Below are positions 28,282-34,154 of a stretch of 43,120 nt of DNA, in pieces. Position numbers and translations under genes: made by a program. Each line of letters begins with the position of its first letter. The first letter of the stretch is position 1. The stretch is from assembly GCA_046725105.1 (NCBI GenBank), contig JBKOXV010000168.1, forward strand, positions 1-43,120, given 5' to 3'. The stretch comes from a bacterium (lineage in GTDB: Bacteria > Actinomycetota > Acidimicrobiia > Acidimicrobiales > Ilumatobacteraceae). The notes below the pieces were generated by a model, which worked only from the letters and a program-made list of their open reading frames with translations, was not told the DNA's origin and made no database searches.

Positions 28282-28695
28282 CTAGAACCGCATCCCGTAG
28301 GCGTAGCCGTAATTGTTGGTGCGGGTGTGCGAGTCACCGCCGGCCGGCGCGGCGCCGACCTTGCCGAGGATGATGACGCCAGTGGGGCACCGGTCGACGC
28401 AGAGGGCGCAGCGGGTGCACACGTCGTCGTCGATGATGAACACCACGTGATCGCTCGGGTCGTCGCCCGGCTGGTCGGTGTTGACCGACTCGGCCACGGC
28501 GTCGGGGGTGACCATGTGGATGCACTTCCACGGGCAGATGTCGACGCAGCCCTCGCACATGATGCACTCGGACTGGTCGATGTGGATGAACTGCTTCGGC
28601 TTGACCGCTTTAGTGAGGTAATCGGCGTCGACCTCGATGAGTTGGTACTCATCGCTCCACTCGGGCATCGGAGGATTGGCATCGGTGCGAGCCAT
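28282..28695 (-). CDS. Soluble 2x[4Fe-4S] dicluster ferredoxin-domain protein, 137 aa
   Basis: CIMCEGCVDICP and CTRCALCVDRCP. No TM or signal peptide visible. Gaps of 8-9 nt to the flanking genes. Confidence 0.88.
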   Translation of the reverse strand: MARTDANPPMPEWSDEYQLIEVDADYLTKAVKPKQFIHIDQSECIMCEGCVDICPWKCIHMVTPDAVAESVNTDQPGDDPSDHVVFIIDDDVCTRCALCVDRCPTGVIILGKVGAAPAGGDSHTRTNNYGYAYGMRF

Positions 28696-28704
28696 GGCGC
28701 AGCC

Positions 28705-29184
28705 TCACCCCTTCCTTACAAGAGGCCGACCGTAGGTGGATGTGGGCAGCTCCGGAACGACCTTCGCCTTACCACGCTTCTGCCACCACGACCACATGAC
28801 GATCTGCAAGCCGAGGAAGAAGCCGTAGATGATCACGACGACGATGTCGCCGAGCGCTTGGAAGGTGATGTCGAACGGGAACCAGGAGAGCTGGAGGACC
28901 TCGGAAGCGGAGTTGTGCCCGATCCAGATGCGGTCGGCTCGCCAGTTCAGTTGGTTCTGCTCGTGGGTGAGCCACTGGTGGGGCACGACGCCGTAGGCGA
29001 GGAACAGCAGGCCGAAGGCGTAGGTGGCCGCGATCATCGCCTCGCCCCAGGTGACCGGAGTGCCCGGTCGGCGACGCTTCCCGTACGGGATGACGGCCAG
29101 CGTGAGGAGCAAGGTGCCGAAGAAGGACACGATGAACTGCACGTTCACCCCGGGCCACTTGAGCACGTCGATCGCCACGATCAC
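28705..29184 (-). CDS. Hypothetical integral membrane protein, 159 aa, first gene of the bc-type cluster
   Basis: About three hydrophobic helices (VQFIVSFFGTLLLTLAVIPY, AMIAATYAFGLLFLAYGVV, IVVVIIYGFFLGLQIVMW). GTG start with GAGGAGGAG upstream. No family recognised. Confidence 0.7.
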   Translation of the reverse strand: MIVAIDVLKWPGVNVQFIVSFFGTLLLTLAVIPYGKRRRPGTPVTWGEAMIAATYAFGLLFLAYGVVPHQWLTHEQNQLNWRADRIWIGHNSASEVLQLSWFPFDITFQALGDIVVVIIYGFFLGLQIVMWSWWQKRGKAKVVPELPTSTYGRPLVRKG

Positions 29185-29201
29185 GCCGGGCAGCTCCTCC
29201 T

Positions 29202-29217
29202 CGTGAATCCGCTCACA
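29202..29217. promoter_or_regulatory. CRP/GlxR-like palindromic box CGTGA-ATCCGC-TCACA
   Basis: Matches TGTGA-N6-TCACA at 9/10 positions. Lies 18 nt upstream of the first gene of the bc-type cluster, abutting its RBS. 15/17 identical to the box at 7510..7525. Confidence 0.45.
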
Positions 29218-29223
29218 ACACTA
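29218..29223 (-). promoter_or_regulatory. -10-like hexamer TAGTGT immediately upstream of the CRP-like box
   Basis: The minus strand reads GGC-TAGTGT-TGTGAGCGGATTCACG-AGGAGGAG, which fits TAnnnT. This would place the transcription start inside the box. The -35 element is weak (TTGAGG). Confidence 0.3.
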
Positions 29224-29437
29224 GCCACCGTCCCTCGTCCTCAAACCACCGAGGGGCTCCCGCCTGGTGTCTACCACGCCCTCCCACTCCCGCCAGAACC
29301 ACCACAACCGCCCGCACCGCCTCTCGCCTGTGGCGCCCGTTGGGGCGGAATTCGCACCATCCAGCGACACAAGCGTGGGTCCCGGCCGACTCGGGACGCG
29401 CTTGCGCCCTGATTCACGAGCGCATGGGACCACCCTC

Positions 29438-29443
29438 TACGAT
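29438..29443 (+). promoter_or_regulatory. -10-like hexamer TACGAT, 8 nt upstream of the GTG of the monohaem cytochrome c gene
   Basis: TACGAT-GCGGACCC-GTG has the same geometry as nuoA (cluster 1). No SD is visible, which suggests a leaderless mRNA. A degenerate box TGCGC-N6-TCACG (29403..29418) is centred about 41 nt upstream of the start codon. Confidence 0.35.
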
Positions 29444-29451
29444 GCGGACCC

Positions 29452-30249
29452 GTGACGGAGATCCCGGAGCACCTGCTGCGGCGGTCGCGCGAACGCCGCG
29501 CCGCGCTCGGCCTGGGTGGCGACGAGGCGCCGGCCGCCGCGCCGGGTTCGGCGGCCGAGGGTGAGGCACCGGTCCCGGCCACACCATCCCCGTCCACGCC
29601 GGCGGCTCCCCCGCCCCGCACGCCCCGACCGGCGCCGGCCGCGCCCCCGCCCCCGAAGCCAGACCCGCCCTACATCGCCGCCGCCAAGAACCGCCGGCGC
29701 ATCCCGTTCTGGGCCATGCCGGTCGTCGGCTTGCTGCCGTTGTGGGCCTACATGTACGCCCGGGGCCTCGAGCCGCCGGAGAAGACGGTCACCGGACCGG
29801 TGGCCTCTGGTCAGGCGATCTACGCCAGCAAGTGCTCGTCCTGCCACGGCAGCGGCGGCGAAGGCGGTGTCGGCTACCCGCTGGCCGGTGGCGAGGTGCT
29901 CCAGAGCTTCCCCGACATCAACCAGCACTTCGCCTTCGTCTACACCGGCAACAAGCCCTACGCCGGGCTCACTTATGGCAGCGGCCGTCACATCGGCGGC
30001 CAGCGGGGCGTGCCCGGCGCCATGCCGGCGTGGGGCTCGGCCGACGGCGGCGAGCTCACGGACGCCGAGATCGTCGAAGTCGTCTGCTACGAGCGCTACG
30101 GGCTTGGCGGCGGTGACGTCACCAGCCAGGAGTACCTCGACTGGTGCGCCGAGGACTCGGCCAACTTCGCCACCGTCGAGACCGATGGCTTCGCCGGCGC
30201 CAACATCGACGTCGGCCCCACCGCCGCCCTCACGAAGTCTGGGGGGTGA
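29452..30249 (+). CDS. Membrane-anchored monohaem c-type cytochrome, 265 aa
   Basis: CSSCHG haem motif and AMPAWG (candidate Met ligand). Single TM (IPFWAMPVVGLLPLWAYMYA) after a Pro/Ala-rich linker. N-terminus MTEIPEHLLRRS. GTG start. Confidence 0.85.
   Translation: MTEIPEHLLRRSRERRAALGLGGDEAPAAAPGSAAEGEAPVPATPSPSTPAAPPPRTPRPAPAAPPPPKPDPPYIAAAKNRRRIPFWAMPVVGLLPLWAYMYARGLEPPEKTVTGPVASGQAIYASKCSSCHGSGGEGGVGYPLAGGEVLQSFPDINQHFAFVYTGNKPYAGLTYGSGRHIGGQRGVPGAMPAWGSADGGELTDAEIVEVVCYERYGLGGGDVTSQEYLDWCAEDSANFATVETDGFAGANIDVGPTAALTKSGG
29453..29476. repeat. 24-nt perfect inverted repeat, copy B (5' end of the monohaem cytochrome c gene)
   Basis: The plus strand reads TGACGGAGATCCCGGAGCACCTGC. The only difference within the start-codon region is GTG versus ATG. 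Confidence 0.95.
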
Positions 30250-31493
30250 CCCCCGCCTTCGACGTCCTCGTCGTGGGCGGCGGACCAGCGGGCGCGGCGA
30301 CGGGCTACTGGCTGGCCGCCGCCGGCCACGAGGTGTGCGTCGTCGAGCGCAAGACGTTCCCCCGGGAGAAGACCTGTGGTGACGGCCTGACGCCGCGAGC
30401 GGTCCGGCAGCTGAACGACATGGGCCTCGCCGACGACCTCACGGCCTTCCACCGCTTCGAGGGGCTCCGGGCCACCGCCCACGGTGTCCGGCTGGACCTG
30501 CGCTGGCCGTCGCACCCCGACTTCCCGCCGTACGGCTACGTCGTACGCCGCCGCGATCTCGACCAGCTGGTCGCCGACAACGCCGTCAAGGCCGGCGCCA
30601 CGCTCTGGCAGGGCGCCGACGCCGTCGCGCCGCTCGTCGAGCGGGGCTTTGTCAGCGGCGCCACGGTCCGGCGCCAGGCCGGATCGGCCCCCGGTCCGGT
30701 GCGGGCTCGGTACGTGGTCGTGGCCGACGGGGCCAATAGCCGCTTCGGGCGGGCCCTGGGCACGTTCCGGACCCGGGAGTGGCCCTACGGGACGGCCATC
30801 CGGGGCTACTGGGCGAGTCCCCGGCACGACGACCCGTGGATCGAGTCGGCGCTCGACGTGAAGGACCGCAGCGGCAACCCGTTGCCCGGATACGGATGGA
30901 TCTTCCCCGTGGGCGACGGCACGGTGAACATCGGCGTCGGCCTGCTGTCGACGTTCCGCGACTTCAAGAGCGTCAACACCACCCATCTCCTGCAGGAGTA
31001 CGTGGCGACGGCGCCCGAGTACTGGGGCTTGTCGCCCGAACCGGCGTGCGGCAAGCCCACCAGCGGCCGGTTGCCGATGGGTGGCTCCGTAGGACCGAAG
31101 GCCGGGCCGACGTGGCTCGTGGTCGGCGATGCCGCCGGCACCGTCAACCCGTTCAACGGTGAAGGCATCGACTACGCCTACGAGACCGGCCGGCTCGCCG
31201 CCGAGGTCATCCACGAGGCGATCGACGGTAGCGACCCGCTCGTGCTGCAGACCTACGAGCGTCGGCTGCAGGCCGAGTACGCCTTGTACTTCAAGGTGGC
31301 GCGGTTGTTCGCCCGGGTGATCGGCCGGCCCGCGCTCATGCGGGAGCTCACCCGGGTGGGCATGCGGAGCCGCACCCTCATGGAGTGGGTGCTGCGCATC
31401 ATGGCCAACATCCTGCGCCCCGACGAGCTCGGCCCGGCCGAGGCCGCCTACAAGGCCGCCGCCGCCGTCGTGCGCCTCCTCCCCGACGACTGA
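30246..31493 (+). CDS. Geranylgeranyl reductase family FAD-dependent oxidoreductase (MenJ-like menaquinone reductase candidate), 415 aa
   Basis: DVLVVGGGPAGAATG (FAD fold), FPREKTCGDGLTPRAV and GDAAGTVNPFNGEGIDYA. The GTG at 30246 overlaps the cytochrome c stop (GTGA). The track ORF from 30144 is read-through. Confidence 0.85.
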   Translation: MTPAFDVLVVGGGPAGAATGYWLAAAGHEVCVVERKTFPREKTCGDGLTPRAVRQLNDMGLADDLTAFHRFEGLRATAHGVRLDLRWPSHPDFPPYGYVVRRRDLDQLVADNAVKAGATLWQGADAVAPLVERGFVSGATVRRQAGSAPGPVRARYVVVADGANSRFGRALGTFRTREWPYGTAIRGYWASPRHDDPWIESALDVKDRSGNPLPGYGWIFPVGDGTVNIGVGLLSTFRDFKSVNTTHLLQEYVATAPEYWGLSPEPACGKPTSGRLPMGGSVGPKAGPTWLVVGDAAGTVNPFNGEGIDYAYETGRLAAEVIHEAIDGSDPLVLQTYERRLQAEYALYFKVARLFARVIGRPALMRELTRVGMRSRTLMEWVLRIMANILRPDELGPAEAAYKAAAAVVRLLPDD

Positions 31494-31617
31494 GCCGCCG
31501 TCCCCTCCCCGGCTCCTCCCGCCCCCTTCCCCGGTCCCTCCGGTTCTCGTCACGCCAGCGTGCGAAAACCGCTCGCCGTCATGACGAGAAGCCACGGCAC
31601 GAAACTGTGACACCCGC

Positions 31618-32541
31618 GTGCCATCGTTCGGCGCCATGAACGACGCCCTGCGAGCTCTTGCCGCCATCGCGGCCGAACAACACGAGATCGTGAGCCGGGT
31701 GCAGGTCGCCGAGGCCGGCCTCACTACGTGGGCACTCGGGCGTCACGTCCGTGCCGGCACGCTCGTCGCGGTCGGGCCGCACTCGTGGCGGTTCGCCGGT
31801 ACGGCGCTCACCTGGCGAGGGCAGCTACAGGCCGGAGTGTTCGACCTTGGATCTGCGGCGCTCGTCGCCGGCCGGGCGGCGCTGCTGCTTCTCGGCGTGG
31901 ACGTCGCCGCGCCGGCGCCGCTCGAGTTCGTCGTACCCCGAGCGCAACGAAGCAGAACGACGGCCGGCGTCGTGCGATCCGGCGCGGCACCCGGTGCGGT
32001 CGAACGCTGCACGGTGGACGGCCTGCCGTGTGTGAGCGCGACGCTGGCCGTCCTCCAGGTCGCTCGGTTCGGCGATCGGGTCGAGACCACCAACGCCCTC
32101 GACAACGCCGTCCGCCTCAGGCTGACCACGCCTGACCTCGTGCACCAGGCACTCGCCGAGCGCCGGCGCCGCGGCGTCGCCGGCGTGGCGCTGCTCGACG
32201 ATGTGCTGCTCGACGCCGGCGTCCAGAGCTGGCTGGAACGCCGCTTCCTCGCCCTCGTGAGGGCGGCCGGCCTGCCCGTACCCGCCCTCCAGCGTGTGTA
32301 CCGACGCGGCAGCCGCCATGTCGCCCGGGTTGATTTCGACTTCGCACCGCTCCCCGTGGTCGTCGAGGTAGGGGGCCAGAAGGGATACCTCACCCGCCGC
32401 GAGCGCCAGCGCCAAGAGCGCCGTCGCAACGAACTGCAGCTGCTCGGCAAGGTGGCCTACTTCTTCACGTACGAGGACGTCACCGGCGACGAGGCCTACG
32501 TGCTGCGCACGCTCCACAGCGCGCTGGGCAGGGCGGCATGA
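31618..32541 (+). CDS. Hypothetical protein, DUF559 / Vsr-like endonuclease-fold C-terminus with an AbiEi-like N-terminal region, 307 aa
   Basis: N-terminal pattern IVSRVQVAEAGLT..L.R.V..G.L. The C-terminal VDFDF...VVVEVGGQ...RRRNELQLLGKVAYFFTYEDV is typical of actinobacterial DUF559 proteins. GTG at 31618; ATG 31636 is an alternative. Confidence 0.6.
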   Translation: MPSFGAMNDALRALAAIAAEQHEIVSRVQVAEAGLTTWALGRHVRAGTLVAVGPHSWRFAGTALTWRGQLQAGVFDLGSAALVAGRAALLLLGVDVAAPAPLEFVVPRAQRSRTTAGVVRSGAAPGAVERCTVDGLPCVSATLAVLQVARFGDRVETTNALDNAVRLRLTTPDLVHQALAERRRRGVAGVALLDDVLLDAGVQSWLERRFLALVRAAGLPVPALQRVYRRGSRHVARVDFDFAPLPVVVEVGGQKGYLTRRERQRQERRRNELQLLGKVAYFFTYEDVTGDEAYVLRTLHSALGRAA

Positions 32542-32566
32542 CCGGCGAGGACCCGCTTGTGTCGGG

Positions 32567-33319
32567 TCAGGCTCGCTTGCCGCCGTCGACCTTGATGACC
32601 TCGCCGTTGACGTGGATGGCGTCGTCCGAGGCCAGGAACGCAAAGACGGCGGCGACGTCCTCGGGGCGGCCGACGTCCCCGAACGGCGTGATCATCCGCA
32701 GCAGCTGGCGGTCGGCGTCGGGCGGCGGCGAGTACTGCAGCGCGATGGGCGTGTCGATCGGCCCGGGCGCCACGCAGTTGGCCCGCAGTCCGGCCTTGGC
32801 GTGGTTGAGGGCGAGGCTGCGCGTCAGGGCGATGACCCCGCCCTTGCTCGCGGCGTACGCCGTCTCGTACGGCGTGGCATCCGTGGCGGCGGTCGAGGCC
32901 GTGTTCACGATGGCGCTGCGCCCGTTGGCCAGCAGGGTCGGCAGGGCGGCCTGGCACACGAGCCACGTGGCCGTGAGATTGATGGCGATCAGGCGGTCCC
33001 ACTCCTCGAGGGGGAAGCCGACGTCCATCCAGAACCCGCCGACGCCGGCGATGTTGCACACCACGTCGAGGCCGCCGAGCCCGGCCACCGCCGACTCGAC
33101 GGCGGGTGCGATCGCCGCCCGGTCGGCCAGGTCGCACACGACCGGCGTGGCCCCACCGCCGGCCCCCGAGATGTCGTCGATAGTGGCGGCCAGTCCGTCG
33201 GCGTTGCGGTCGAGGCAGGCCACGGTGGCGCCCTCGGCGGCCAGCCGCACGGCGGTGGCCCGGCCGATCCCCGATGCCGCCCCGGTCACGAGGGCCTTCC
33301 GCCCTGCGAGGCGATCCAC
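32567..33319 (-). CDS. Short-chain dehydrogenase/reductase (SDR), 250 aa
   Basis: TGAASGIGRA cofactor motif, NIAG, and the YAASKGGV catalytic Y-x3-K. Confidence 0.9.
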   Translation of the reverse strand: MDRLAGRKALVTGAASGIGRATAVRLAAEGATVACLDRNADGLAATIDDISGAGGGATPVVCDLADRAAIAPAVESAVAGLGGLDVVCNIAGVGGFWMDVGFPLEEWDRLIAINLTATWLVCQAALPTLLANGRSAIVNTASTAATDATPYETAYAASKGGVIALTRSLALNHAKAGLRANCVAPGPIDTPIALQYSPPPDADRQLLRMITPFGDVGRPEDVAAVFAFLASDDAIHVNGEVIKVDGGKRA

Positions 33320-33320
33320 G

Positions 33321-34154
33321 TCAGGCCGGCCCGACCAGCTCGAGGATGGCGCCGTCGGGGTCGGGGAAGAAGATCGCCCACACGTCGGCCAGGCCCTCGC
33401 CGAGAGCCACTACGACGGGCGGCGCCACATCGGGCACGACCCGGCGCACATCGGCGTAGCTGGCGTCGGCGTCGTCGGCGAACAACGCCGTGCGGTAGAT
33501 GCCGGCGTGGTGACCGGCGGCGTAGGGCGTGCCGACGGGCCCGGAGCGCCACTGGGTGAGCCACACCGAGAAGTGCTCCCGCTGGCCCGGCAGGTACAGG
33601 CGCTGCTCGGTCCAGCGGTCCGTCGCCGCTGGCGCGTCGGCGTCGAGGTGAAGGGCGGCGCGATAGAAGTTTGCCGATGTCGCCAGGTCGCTGCAGTTCA
33701 CGCGCAGCCCGGCATACGTGACGGGCCCGTCGCGCTCGAATACCTCGATCCGGGTGCCGCTGGGGTCAGCTGTCACGAGCGACCCGTCCTCGGCCGACAC
33801 GGGCGCGCCGGCGTCGGCCAAGCGCGCCGCCACGGCGCCTGGGTCGGGGACGCCGAAGCGCAGCGCCACCAGCCCGAGGTGGTCGGGGCGCTCGTAGGCA
33901 ACGCCCTCGGTGGGCGGCTCGATCCACTGGAGCAGGTCGACTACGGGACTGCGGTTGCCCCGGTGGTCGGCCAGGAACACGCCACGCCACCGCACCGGCA
34001 CGCCCGCCAACCCGAAGCCGGCGCCGTCCTGGGTGGTCTCGGGCGCGGTCCGCCCGCGGGGCGTCAGGTCGAAGCACGACGTGTAGAAGCGCTCTGACGC
34101 CTCGAGGTCGAGGGCGTTGACATTGGCGTGGGCGAACCAGCGCGGCGCCGGCAT
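33321..34154 (-). CDS. VOC (glyoxalase / bleomycin resistance / dioxygenase) family protein, two-domain, 277 aa
   Basis: Two repeats of the VOC-like pattern (HANVNALDLEASERFY.. and GLRVNCSDLATSANFY..). Its start shares 1 nt with the hemL stop. Confidence 0.65.
   Translation of the reverse strand: MPAPRWFAHANVNALDLEASERFYTSCFDLTPRGRTAPETTQDGAGFGLAGVPVRWRGVFLADHRGNRSPVVDLLQWIEPPTEGVAYERPDHLGLVALRFGVPDPGAVAARLADAGAPVSAEDGSLVTADPSGTRIEVFERDGPVTYAGLRVNCSDLATSANFYRAALHLDADAPAATDRWTEQRLYLPGQREHFSVWLTQWRSGPVGTPYAAGHHAGIYRTALFADDADASYADVRRVVPDVAPPVVVALGEGLADVWAIFFPDPDGAILELVGPA

Noticed and set aside
29340-29564. Small ORFs inside the divergent control region (29221..29433 minus, 29267..29455 plus, 29340..29564 plus).
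   Set aside because: They have no RBS, Arg/Pro/Gly-rich composition, and overlap with the better-supported cytochrome c start. I treat them as non-coding.
30096-31724. A 542-aa minus-strand ORF antisense to the geranylgeranyl reductase gene. Also the 675-aa ORF at 40319..42346 across the two hypothetical genes.
   Set aside because: Both are low-complexity Arg/Gly/Pro-rich translations. The opposite-strand or other-frame ORFs carry real motifs (FAD fold; repeated Ig-like domains).
31618-32541. The DUF559 / AbiEi-like protein as a defence or toxin-antitoxin module.
   Set aside because: It is a single gene with no partner toxin (AbiEii-like nucleotidyltransferase) nearby. Such stand-alone DUF559 proteins are common in Actinomycetota, so there is no specific support for a defence role.
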